From NCBI GenBank assembly GCA_052426225.1, contig JBNJNM010000013.1, positions 1,364,001-1,428,000 on the forward strand: a stretch of DNA of 64,000 nucleotides, written 5' to 3'. A program made the position numbers and the translations under genes. Origin of the DNA: Zancudomyces culisetae HAW-14-8. Lineage: Eukaryota > Fungi > Kickxellomycota. The number at the start of each line of letters is the position of its first letter. Positions within the stretch are counted from its first letter, which is position 1. This document shows, in pieces, positions 23,689-36,721 of the stretch. The notes under the pieces are model-generated. The model was not told the origin of the DNA, did not search any database, and saw only the letters and a program-made list of their open reading frames with translations.

Positions 23689-25608
23689 TTTGGTGTCCTT
23701 TTTATTTCTTTTTCTTTTATGTTATTTAATAACCTTTTGTGTTTTTGTTCTTATAAAGAAATCGTATTTTATTTCAATCTTCAATTAATGAGCGAAAAAA
23801 AAAAAGGAGGAAAAAATATGGCGGAAATAATAGCTGTAAATATATCCGATTTTCTGATAATTGATATCACTTTGTAAAAAATCGCACTTTACCACTTTAA
23901 ACTCAGTAATCGTAATCTATTTTTTACTTGCATTGTTGTTTACAGCCTCTTACTTAAACCCATCCATTTTTTACTTGCCCGATTTTTTTCTCCCTTTTTT
24001 TTTTCACCTCTCCCATTTCTCCTAACTCTTTTCCCCTTAATCTTCCTCCTCTCTCTCTCAGCCATGTTTTTTTTTTGTTAGCCACTAATATTTCACTTTT
24101 TCCACCTATAAGAAAAATCACCTAGTAAAACCAAACCTCATTTCTTCTGTCCATCCTTTGGCTTTCATTGTTATCACCTTTTGCCTCATGGCTTTATCCC
24201 ATTACAATATCGTTTATTTTTTCTCCTGCAACCGTTTTTATACTGCATTCAAAATACTCCTCCTCCTTCCTCTTCTCTTCTTCCTCCCCCCCCTCACATT
24301 ATTCAAATTAATCTGAACGTGAATAATACAAGCAAACTAATGTTTGGCTCCAATCATTACTAAATAAAGTTTTATCAAATCAAATTAATCAACTCAACTT
24401 AATCAAATCAAATCAAATCAAATCAAACCTTCACTCCAAAAAAAATTATTTTTTTCATGATAAAAAAATCCCCCACACCAACATATCCTCTCCTCCACCC
24501 CCCCCCCCCTCCCAATAAACATTGCGTAATAGTTTGCTTTTCTCTTCAAATTCATAATTAGGATTAGAATTGGAATTAGAATTAGAATTAGAATTAAATG
24601 ATAAAAACATAAATGCCCTTTGCTCAATATGCCGAATTTTAAACGCAAATAACAAAAAAGCAGTCATCTTTTTTATATCTATTAAAAGCGAGCCTATTTC
24701 TATCTCGTAATTAAACAGTCACTATTCTTTTTCCTTTAATTTCTTTGCTTTGTTTTTTTTTTTTCATTTGCCAAATCTGCATTTATCTCTCCACTTTTCA
24801 CCCTCCTACCTTTAAACGCATTAAAAGTTTTTGTGATGCAATCGTAAATTATAATGTAATACAGTTTTATGCCCACAATGGATATTTGCTCCATTCTTAA
24901 ATTCACAATCATTATTACTCCTGAACTTATACCCTATCAAACTGGCAAAATAGTTCCAAGTACACTCCCCCTCCTCCTCCCCCTCCCCTCTCTACATACT
25001 CACCCAGTTCCCTGTTCTCCTCATACATAATATCATATCTTTTGATTGTAATGCTCCTCTCTCCGTTACCATGCTGCAATACATTGAGACAGAATCGTTA
25101 ACCAGATCACTGTTTCCTCCCAACATATTCCTATTCATCACACCCTTGTTCTTCCTCTCTTTCCTTCACATCCCTTCCCTCCCGTTTCTTTGGCATTCTT
25201 TTTTTTCTTTGGAAGTGGATCACTCCTCCATGAAGCCATTCCTACGGCAAAATTCGATACGTTAGCGCTGTTTACAACAAACCAGTCAACAGTGCATAAA
25301 TGACATACCCATACTCATTCGCTTGATTCTCTCATCCTGTCTTCAAGTTTCAAGAACAGTACAACTGAATAAATGAGCGAGCTTATATTTTTTGCTATGT
25401 GAATTTGTTGAATAAATATCACATAAAATCATAAGCAATAGTGGTTTCACAAGAAAAAAAAACAGTAACAACAGTCACCATTGTGAAAAATGTATTATAA
25501 TCGTAGTTATCGTTATTCATCTCTGCCTATTTTGTACACTAACATTAGGTCATCAAGGAACATAAAAGGTAAAAAGGTAATTAAACCATTTTTGGTTACC
25601 TGAAAAAG

Positions 25609-26260
25609 ACCAAACATATCCCAAAATCAGTTTGGATAAAAGGTATATTATTAGTTTAATACAGATATACTGCTATAACAGCTCTAACAAGATACGGTTG
25701 GGAAGCCACATCATTATGAAATTTCTAAAGTGCATAGTAATCATTTTTGGGTTTGTTTTTGATTAATTTATAGATGTTGGTTTTTTATTAATATATACAT
25801 AACTATTTAGTACTAGCATGAAACAAGGGATGTAATCACAGCACCAAGATGCAGTAATACTATTTCAATGAACTTTATTACAGTGGTTTTATTTTTGTTT
25901 TGCTTTTGCTTTTTCTTTTGTTTTGTTTTTCTTTGTTTTGTTTTGTTTTCTTGCGTGACTAAATGGAGTTGGTGCATTGGAAATGTTTAGCCGTTTTGGT
26001 TTAGGCTATTTGATACTAAAATCAAAACGAGCAAAACTGTGAACAAATGTGAGATTTTACAAGTTGGTCAGAGCTAGTTAGATCTATGAGAGGGAAAGAA
26101 GAGGAAGAGGAGAGGAAGGAAGATGATTGGGACTACGAGTAAGATTGAAACTAAGGTGTTATAAAGATGAACCTTTTGGTGTTGCAACCCAGAAGAATAT
26201 TTTAGTTGATGGCTTATCGGTATCATGAAGGATTTTTGCAGTGTTTGCGGCTGCGCTGTA
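25609..26260. repeat. Dispersed direct repeat, copy 1 (~650 bp)
   Basis: Matches 31895-32551. 25622-25867 appears identical to 31908-32153, and the remainder aligns with many substitutions and indels. Confidence 0.9.
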
Positions 26261-29200
26261 CACGTAAGACACGTTGATTAGAATAGTATTAAAAAGTATC
26301 AACACTTTTGATATTGTAATACTGAATGTGAATGGGAATGTTTTTGCAAAATGCAACTATGATCATGCGTTACTAGATATTCTTGTGGATAATTATTTAT
26401 ATTGCCCAAGAAAAGTGCAATAATTATATTATCTGGGTTTGGAGTAGGAAAAAAAAGTAAAAAGGATCTGATCCCATTTTCGGATTAATGCTGCTTTTTT
26501 ACTTCCAACGATTTACAGATTAATTTGAACCAATTAAAAAACCAATTAATAACACTTACTGCTCACTTTGTCTCCCACCGATATTTTCTAAACGCATCGT
26601 GTATACAGAATGGATTCTTAGTTCATCTCAACCCCCAACTGTTTTTTTTCACTCTTCACTCTTCACTCTTCACTTTCTTTCAGAACACACTCTCCACTTA
26701 CACCCTTGGAAAAGACAGGGAAACACGTGTGTGCTTTGCAGCAATTACTACCGAAATACAATTCCGCCCTATTGCTAAAAAAAACCCCCCAGTGTTACAA
26801 GCCAATCCTGTCCGTATTTCACTTTACAGAATCAATTTGTCTGTCACTTTCCAAATATATACACTAAATTACGTCTTTATTCGCAACCACCAATTGCATC
26901 TCATGTTTAACTTATATTAGCCGATTGGCAGCAACCCAAACTCATTTATCCTCACCACCTGATCATTGCATTGGAAATTCAGTAAATCCTAAATAAAACA
27001 AATATTGGCGCCAGATAGTCAAACTACTTTTTTCCCTGAACGTGAAACCTGCATCCAACATTGTGCACTCGATATTATTATCTTCCTTATTCACGCCCTT
27101 TCTCCTAAATAATCAGAAACAGCTTGGAGCTTAAGCTAGGGTTTTCAGAAGTTTCCTATCTATTGTGAACATAACCCACCCCGTTCTCTTATACTCCTCC
27201 CTCTCCCCTCTCCCCTCTCCCCTCTCCCCATATATATTTTTTATTGTCTAGTTTTTATACAATATGCGATGTTTCAGATTTTTGATGCGTTTTATCATGC
27301 CAAATAGAAAAAAAGAGAATGAATATGTGTAGGCGTGCGAGCTTGCTAGTCTGTATACCATGAGAACGACTTCATCGCATGCTCCTTTTGTGCAAGAAAC
27401 ACAATATAATTCCGGTGTAGTGGATATGCACGAGTTTTCCCGAGCTGACGTGTCTCTCACCATTCACTTTATCAAAATTGCGCTATTTTTAAAAGAAAGG
27501 TACTTCCGTATAGCTATATTTCGGTTGGTCTGTTACAATTATGTTCAACTTGACTTACTAACTATCTGCAGCACTTATAACTGTTGTTTCACCAACTCTA
27601 CTAGAATTAAGATCAGTTATATGCAAAGATATGATCCGGATTCCCGCAATACGTCGTTTTTTTATTAAGCATACTATCATCATCATCACAATTATTTTTA
27701 CAATTTCTCCTGTATAAAATGAAAAATTATCCTATTCTACTTTTCAAGATAGTGGAGGTATTTCAGCCTTGTTGCTTGTGTCCACTCATACAAAACTAAC
27801 ACTGCTTTATTAACTTTTATCATTATTTTTTTGCGGATACATCAGTTCAAACTAGTTTAGCAATATATGACAGTTTTTTTTAATAAAATTTTCAAGCATA
27901 ACAATATATATAGGGAGTATTATAAAGTTAAAGTATTCAAACTAAGAATTCTATTTTATACTATGTATATTTTTGTCATCCAAAGTTTGTATACTATCAG
28001 AAAGTTTTCTTTGTATGTATGGGCTCAATGATACTTGTTTTTCTGTAGCTACTATAGTTTGGTTTATCATGTTGACACCATTTATCTTTGTGTTCAAGAA
28101 TTGCGACAAAAATAAAACCAGAAAATGTCAAAATGAATGAAAGCATAATGAACAAAGTCAGCTGTGGTAATATTTGCCTACTTTTGTTTGCTTTGGCATC
28201 AGGCGACTTACTCGATTGTTATTTTTTTAATATTAGCCATCATTTATAGAATCTTCTGCTATCGCTTCGATATTATGATGTTAATAATCCACTCTTGTAT
28301 CTTGGGATGTTTTGTTGCGCATCATTCTGGGTCAAGAAATATATTGCTCATAACTCTGTTGGGATTTTTTGTCACACCTCAGCTTTTTTCAACATGCGTT
28401 TTTTTTTAAAAAAATAAACAAAATCATCTGAATTATCATTTGCATCTAAAATCCAACAGAAATTACTAAAGCGTCAGTTTGGTCTCATAATTTATTCGCT
28501 AATAAAAAGTTTTCAGCAATTCATCCCTTTACAGAAAAGGCTCAGAAATTCAGGTTTGTCATCCATTTTCAGTCAAATTTTCTGGTGTATTGGAAAATTG
28601 GTGCATACAATAAACTCCCCCCGCCCACAATTCACCATAAAAATGGTTATGATTTCCTTCTGAAAGGATATAATTTGGATACATTTTCGAAAGCCATGAT
28701 GTGATTCAAAGCGCATCGTTTTGATTTTATTTCTTTTTTTTGGAATCTTTTAATTTTTTCGTTAGTTTTCTAGACTAAATAATCGGCAATCAACAAACTC
28801 TATATGTTTGGCTACACCAATTGTATTTAGGCACTAAGCAAGCTTTTAGTAATTTAAACTTTGAGAAATGAGTAGTGCTTTTCACTTTACTTGATGAGAC
28901 AAAGCCAGCATTCTTAATTACTCTTTGGGTAAACGTTCATCCCCATCCCCACTTTGCTATTGGAGGGAATGGCACCAGTATGGGTTCGCAAATATGATTT
29001 TTAAACACTCTAGCGCCTTTTATTTAAGTGGCAAGTAAAAATTAAAAAGTGATTACGTGATGAAAAGGAGGTTCGAAGTGTTGCAAAACCAAATAAAGGT
29101 GATGCACCTAGCAAAAAATATAATGAATATACTATAGCAAGAAAAAAAAAAGCCAAACAAACGAAAACCAAAAGCGTAGCTTTAGTGCATTAAGAAAATC

Positions 29201-31894
29201 CCAAAGCCCAAATGACTAACCAAACAGAGTTCGTGAATAATTCCACAAGGCACAAAAACTCGCTCAGTCGAAACCAGGGGAATATTAGCTTTTTGTATAA
29301 TACAAAGTCTCAATCATACTCAAATCCTGATTGACAAACATCACCCACAGCCATCGTCATCGTTTATACTATCCTCCCAATTCGACGGGATGTCTCGACT
29401 GTCAATGTTCGGAAGGCTACCAGTGTACCCAATAAGTCCTGCTCCTTTCATTTTCTTTCCCTTTATTTTGGCGCTTTGACTCTCAATGCAATAGCTGCTT
29501 AGAAGTGTATTATCTCTTCATTAAACGGATAATAGTAGACTATATACAGGTGGGATTTTCTATTTTATTCTCTAAGCTTAATAGGTAAAGCTAAAACATG
29601 AGGCAAGAACAGAGAGGCTCTTATATACTTTTTTTTTTGAGTTGAAATGAAGAAAATGAAAATGCCATTAGCGCTTTTTAGTTTCTTTTCTTAGGATAGG
29701 GCAGAAAATTTTTTCAATAAATCAAAACCATAGCTAATTCAATCAATTACATAACAAAATTTAACCAAGTACCATCATCAAACGGGAATTTCATGAAATT
29801 TGTCCTTTTTTTTTTCTTGAAAACAAAACAGAAAAAAGGCCATTTTCCTAGTATACAGAAGAAGACCAAACATTTTTTTTTCATTTCTTTGCAAATCTGT
29901 GAGGACAAATAAGATAGATTGTGTATTAAAAGAGGAATGCAACGCTAAAATTAATTACATCTTTTGCTGGCATATTTTTAATAAGCTATTTTCCACAATA
30001 ACGGAAAGAATGAGGTCGTGTTCTATGCTTTTCCATTGTCAGGATAGATTCACAGGATGTTTGCTGGGGATAGATTAGAATGAATCACACATACAGCCCA
30101 CATCTATTATAGATTTTTTTGTAGCCATTCTGCAGTATTAAGCCTACAAGATTTTGATAAGCGATTTTCCAAACAACCACTAGACATTGTATTTGAACAC
30201 TCTAAGAGGTTAGAATTAAAGAGATAAAGATGAATGGTGAATGGTGACTATTTCAAAATAGGAATTTCTAGAGACTCAAACACATCTCCCGATATGATAA
30301 GACAAGTACAAATTACATCAACCCTCCAGAGTCTCGTATTTTTCCTCGGAGAAAAAAAAAATTTTTTTTCTGCGCTAGAACACACGTCAGTAAGCAACAA
30401 TGTTGATTTTGGATGCCATTTACCTAAATTAATATCGAAATTAAAAGTTATGATGTTGACCAAGTAGATTTTAATTTACAATTTATGCTTTTAATTGCTG
30501 TCTGTTTCTATTTTCACAGATGGAATGACGGCGAATAATTCACCTTAATGAATACAGAAGAACGTGTAACCACGGTTGCAATCAACATAAATGTTTAAAT
30601 AAAACACATATAGAGTGATTGGTGGTGACTCGTTTCGACGGAAAAACGAAATATACATTTTTTTCAAATGCCGAACATGCACTTATTCTACTGACGCTTG
30701 CCTACAAACACAGTATATAGCTCTAGATTTGCATGTCACTCACCTTCATATATCTTTAAACAAATAACTTAGAATTGGTCTGATTTACCTCTGTTTAAAG
30801 GCATATTTTTTGTTGTAGAGAAATCATAAAAACTATTGACTTCCAGTTTTTAGAGCAAAAATGCAATTTCGGTGTGGCAAGTTCAGCAAGATTCAACACA
30901 AATACTGTGCCGCAGTACGATATCACAAGCTCACCCCTTTCAATAATTTAATATTACATACAGTCAGCAGTGCAACCTAGAGGCGCTAAGTCAGCTAGTA
31001 CATACGTTGCATATTTCCCTTGTTTGTCAAAATAATAGTGTGGATATTGAACATACCAATTCAAGCAATTTACTCGGTGTTCTTTGTAAATGTAGTGCAA
31101 AAAATTTAATCACTGTTTAAACATCTTTTTCTCATTCATTTTTTGGCTTTACAATACCACATCTTTCTCCATCATGCTATTCAAAACTCGAAAGCTCCAT
31201 TTATATCAGCATCTATGCTTTCTAAAGTCAACTACCAATCACATGCCCATTTAACTGTTTTTTCCTTTTATTTAACAGTTGTTACAAATTTGGGATAAAA
31301 AGTACACAGGTCAAAAATTTTGGTCATTGTGCAACATTGCTAATTTAGCTTTTGACTTCAACGTTTTTATGATAGTATTTGGGTTTTCAAGAAAGCCTTG
31401 TTGAAAGAGTTCCTTATTTTAATGAGAACCTTACATTTAGAACATTGCACTAATAAATCGCTGAAAGTGAAAAAAAAATTTTTTTGGCGGGGGCTGTTTC
31501 ATTATTGATTATTAAAGCTAAGATGAATTAGAAAGGAGGTAAACATTGTTTGGGTATTATCTTTTTTGTTGTTTCGAGAAATTCTGTATTTACATTAATT
31601 GCTGCTAAAATTACCACAAATACACCATCACATTGACCTTGCTGAGGAAGTTATCACTGGCCTAGCTAAATTTAGACGAGCAAATAATGTTTGTAGTAGC
31701 ACATGTGTAATATTCTTTGCAGTAGACTGTGTTCATCTTCACTGAACTACGAATCGTTTTTTATTTATCCCGATATCATCTCCCTTATTCAATAATTGTA
31801 TTTACAACTGTTTGTAGATCAGTTAATGTACAGAAAATTGACTTTAAAGGTTGGTTTTTGCAATTATTTTTTTTGAACTTTGGCCATTAGGAGA

Positions 31895-32551
31895 ACCAAG
31901 TATATCTCAAAATCAGTTTGGATAAAAGGTATATTATTAGTTTAATACAGATATACTGCTATAACAGCTCTAACAAGATACGGTTGGGAAGCCACATCAT
32001 TATGAAATTTCTAAAGTGCATAGTAATCATTTTTGGGTTTGTTTTTGATTAATTTATAGATGTTGGTTTTTTATTAATATATACATAACTATTTAGTACT
32101 AGCATGAAACAAGGGATGTAATCACAGCACCAAGATGCAGTAATACTATTTCATTGAACTTTATTACAGTAGTTTTGTTTTTGTTTTTGTTTTAGTTTTT
32201 CTTATGTTTTTCTTTGTTTTGTTTTTGTTTTTGTTTTTGTTTTCTTGTGTGGCTAAGTGGAGTTGGTACATTAAAAATGTCTAACCATTTTGATTCAGGC
32301 TATTTGATACTAAAATCAAAACGAGCAAAAGTGTGAACAAATGTGAAATTTCACAAGCTAAAAAAAACTAGTTAGATTTACAGGAGAGAGGTGATTGGAA
32401 ATAGGAATAGGTGTAAGATTTAAAATAAAAGCAGGATTGGGAGTAGAGTATCACTGAGATGACTCTTTAAAGTTGCGGCCCAAAATAATATTTTAGTTGG
32501 TGATTTCTCGGTATATTAAAGCATTTTTGCAGTGTTTGCAGCTGCGCTGTA
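31895..32551. repeat. Dispersed direct repeat, copy 2 (~650 bp)
   Basis: Same-orientation copy of 25609-26260, from caaaatcagtttggataaaagg to gtgtttgcagctgcgctgta. Confidence 0.9.
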
Positions 32552-35209
32552 TAAATCTAATCATCCAAATCCAGAAACATTTCTCAAAGAATGGTATAAT
32601 AATAATATAACAGAACAAAATGATGAAAAGTCTATAAATACACAGTGTGGAGCAAAGAATCGAAAGTGCCACTTTTACATTTCATCAGATAGAACCATAA
32701 AAAAGTAAACAGGTGATTAGTCACAATTGTTCCAGAATTGATTAGCATGCCTTGAGTGTAAAATCATCATTTTTTTAAAAAAGCAGATTAAATGGGCATC
32801 CATTGTTAATTTTAGTTACACTTTGTGATTGCATTAAAAAAAGATTTTTTGTACAATTACAAAAGAGTTTAAGCTTTATTACAGCTTTGTATACACAGTA
32901 TCCATTAAAAAAACAATGCAAACTGAAAACAACTGGTGTTTGAAGAATTAGCAACTATTTAAAAAATACTTATTCATTTCATGGCACCAAGCTACTTGTG
33001 ATGATGCCCATAAGAACGCATGTTGTTTAATTACGTTCAATTGCATTATAATCTTTTAAAATTCTAGTCCAAAAACTCTGGTTGTATTCACTATTGTCTA
33101 CTGTCCGAGAAGAATGGAGTTTCAAATGAAACACTGCTAACCATTTAAATGATGTAATAAAGTCGATTAACTGATTTTAAATGTCGTTTATTTATAGCAA
33201 ATTTCAAATAGAATAAAAATGTAACTTTTTATACCAACGCTTTGTGTTGGTTGAAAAATAGCACACCCCCAATCTAGAGTTAATACAAAACAACAAAAGG
33301 CGGGGCATTTTAGACACAGCTCCATAAGAGACTACCTCTTGCCTGCAAAAGTTGGCTGCAACAGTTTAACGGGTTTAAACCAGTACATGGTCTAAATGTT
33401 CAAATACAGACCATAACTTAAAATTGCTTGTTGGAGGTCTAGACCGGGAATTCTACAAATATAGTATCCTTTTCACAATATCTCACGTTATCCAATAATT
33501 TTGAGTTATATTTTCTCCCCAAAAATAATATAAGGGAAAGAGTATTCATCCAATTCCAGTATATCAACATAAAAACACATGATCAGGTTTTCCATTAAAA
33601 CTGTTTTTGAGATCTTCAAGGTATTAATTGCCTGTTCCAAATAAAAGTGGCCATTTTAGTTATTTTCCCGATAATTATTCATGTGGTTTTTATACATTTC
33701 ATAAACTTAGAATATATATCTCTAGGTGTGAGCTTATTATATAAAAAGCCAACACACTTAAATTTTTACTGTTAATACAAATCTTGTATATATTTTCAAT
33801 AGAACTAATATACGAATAGTGATAAAAAACCAACCCCCCCCCTCTTCCAGCTGGTCGAGTGACAAAGGGAATGACCCCTTTTGTTGTTTTATTGACGTAT
33901 ATCCAGCTTGAAAACGTACCATAAAGCTGGACTTATATTCCAGACCATCGCTTTGTTTTTAAATACAAGTATTATTAATTAGCTGTAAATTAATCATCTT
34001 TAATATGACAAACCAAAAAAAGATTTAAAAAGCGAATACCAATCTTCATCTCCATACATTTTATGCGGAACTTGCTCACAAACTTGGCTTTCTTCATAAA
34101 ACACCCCCCAAAACACTATATTTGATGACATAGCTTACCATTCTGATATATGTTACTATGAATGGTTTTATCTAATCGATCCTATCCTTTTGTAAACTGG
34201 CAAAAGTACAATAAAACCAGTTAAACTCGTAATTCGGAAATTGGTCACAAGAGATGAAAGGGAATACTTGGATTACGTACTTATCATGCACATAATAGAG
34301 AATTGTGTGGTACCTGTTGTTAACAATATGACAAAGAAAAAGTCTAGAACCTATTCATTACTCAGTTTAGGCTTTAGTAATACTTTTAATTTTTTACTTG
34401 GTGAATTTATCAAAGGAAATAACCTAATATTCCTATTTATGATCAAAAAATTACCATAATTGGTGGTTCTTTTTTTCGGTCTATAAATTGCTTTATAAGT
34501 ATTGCACACTATTTAATATTTTTTTGAAACATACCGTTATCAATATAGAACCTTTTATGACCAATAAATAAATTAAAGGAAAAAATAGCTCGGATATTTC
34601 CAATATCATATACCAATTTCACTCAAGTGACTACAAACGCACCTGTTTGCTGATTACCAACCCAGATTCTAGAATGATTTACAGTACTGGATTGCCTCCA
34701 CTAGAACAAACGCTCTAAAAATAATGGACCTCGAGTCAATGATCTATGATATGGTTCTAATAAACTACAACTTCAAAATAAAGAAGTATTTCCCTTTAGC
34801 TAAAACAAAGACACAACACAGCACCATTTATACTGATAGATAACAAACAGAAGAAGCCTAATCAAAAAAGTTAATATTTTTTGTGGGATATTATTGCGCA
34901 CATGTTTATGAAAGTAACTCCAAACAAGTTTAAAATGTGGTATGTTTAAAACCTAGGGGACACTCAACAGTTTTTGAAACTGACTGTGAAATGTTGAATA
35001 TCTCTATATGTTATACTTTTCATCACCAAAACTAGATACATGGGACTTAAAATGAACTCAAGTACTATCTGATCCCAATTAGTGCCTACATCACAGAATA
35101 TCACACTTGTAAAAATTAAAAAAAAAGCAAGTGAAAAGTAAATGTAACAAATGATTTTAAGATAATCTTGATTAGTACTTTTATACTCGAGTTGCGAAAT
35201 TTTACCAGT

Positions 35210-35232
35210 AAGCCCAAGCCCAAGCCCAAGCC
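35210..35232. repeat. (AAGCCC)n hexamer microsatellite
   Basis: aagcccaagcccaagcccaagcc. Confidence 0.8.
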
Positions 35233-36721
35233 ATGGTCATAATGGTCTGATCAGCTATATTTTACTGGTTGGTATAGGTAGTCTTCCTAAACGCATATCA
35301 AGCTGATACAATATGTGTTGCGCTGTTGATTTTTCCTTTTGCTGGACTGTTTTCGTTCATCCCGACTTTATAGCAAAAGTAGGGTTCGTATTGTTTAAAT
35401 TTTTAAAAAGTTGGCTTAAGTGTTTTGAGAGAGTTTGTTTATTTAGAAATTTTTACTCTGAAGTGTTTTAAGCTTGTAAGAAAGACTAATTTATTAATGA
35501 CTTTTTTTAACGACTAGGTAATTTGGTAAGCCCCTCTAACAACCCTCGCTTTGGCTATGAATTAGAGTGTCCCAATTCCTGTGTATATTTTCAGTTTTTT
35601 TTTTTAGTATTTAGTTTTAAAAAATTTAATTTATTGACTTTTGAATAAAAAAACGATTCTTGTCTGTATTCTGCTTTTTCTTCCATCCTGCTATATATAG
35701 AATATTCCAAAGCTCCATAAAAAACTGCTAACTTTTAATAAAGTATATATCAATTAAAACACAGAAAATAAAGACATCAATATTCTAAATTTGTCATTGA
35801 AAGTTGTCAACCATTTTAGATTATTTTGAATTGATAGTGTAAATCATTAAATTTTACATTTCCACATATGTATCAGCACATACAAAAGAGTAAAAGATTC
35901 ACATAAAGGGTATAAAAGAGGGCGATGTTGGGACTTCAAAAACGAGAATGCAACATCTGAAGCTTATCGTTCTATCAAGTTAGTGCATACCACCATGACA
36001 CAGGTATGCCGTTTTGTAACAGTATACTTCATCCATACGATGATGTAAGGGGTTCAAGAGCATTTTTTGCATGCAAAAGTGTATAGAACAGAACTGTTGG
36101 TATTTTAGCGCAAGGTTTGTTTCACATCCACTTTGCAAAAAATGACAATGGAATGGTATCAAGTGTGTATCCACTATTACTAAAATTATGTATGAATATT
36201 ATTTCCATAAATTGGTACGGTTGGTATATTGGAATAAGACCCTAACTAACCAATAAGCCGCATACTGAGTACTAAAAACGCCACTCAATATGCTATTCAA
36301 ATTATAAATATGCTCAATCTGGTTTATAGAGTGACTGGGTTCACACATACACGCAGTCACTAATATGAAATTTAATCTGCAGTGAATACTAGCATGATTG
36401 CCGAATGGTGAAGGAAAGGAGGGGGAGGAGGGGGGGGGTTATTTGTATACTCGAAGGTATACAATACATAATGTGAAAAGGGTGGGTATAACGGATCGTA
36501 TAGTGTGCGTGCACAGCTCAACTACAACACCAAATATGTTACACTCAAAGAATCAAAAAAGGTAGTGGGCTGCAAAAAAACGATTGACTGTATAAATAGA
36601 AAAAAACCAGTCAATAGTGTATAAAAAAAACCAGAGAAAATACCATCAGAAATTACGAAATAGAGGGATTTGGAATTTTAAAAACGGGAGTTAAAATAAA
36701 AAAATAAAGCTAAAACATAAA

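Noticed and set aside
27408-27470. tRNA-like start (ttccggtgtagtggatatgcacg)
   Set aside because: It resembles a D-arm/A-box only, with no proper anticodon loop, GTTCRA T-loop or acceptor stem.
35210-35232. (AAGCCC)n as an interstitial telomere
   Set aside because: Under four units, not TTAGGG, and many other hexamer microsatellites occur in the window.
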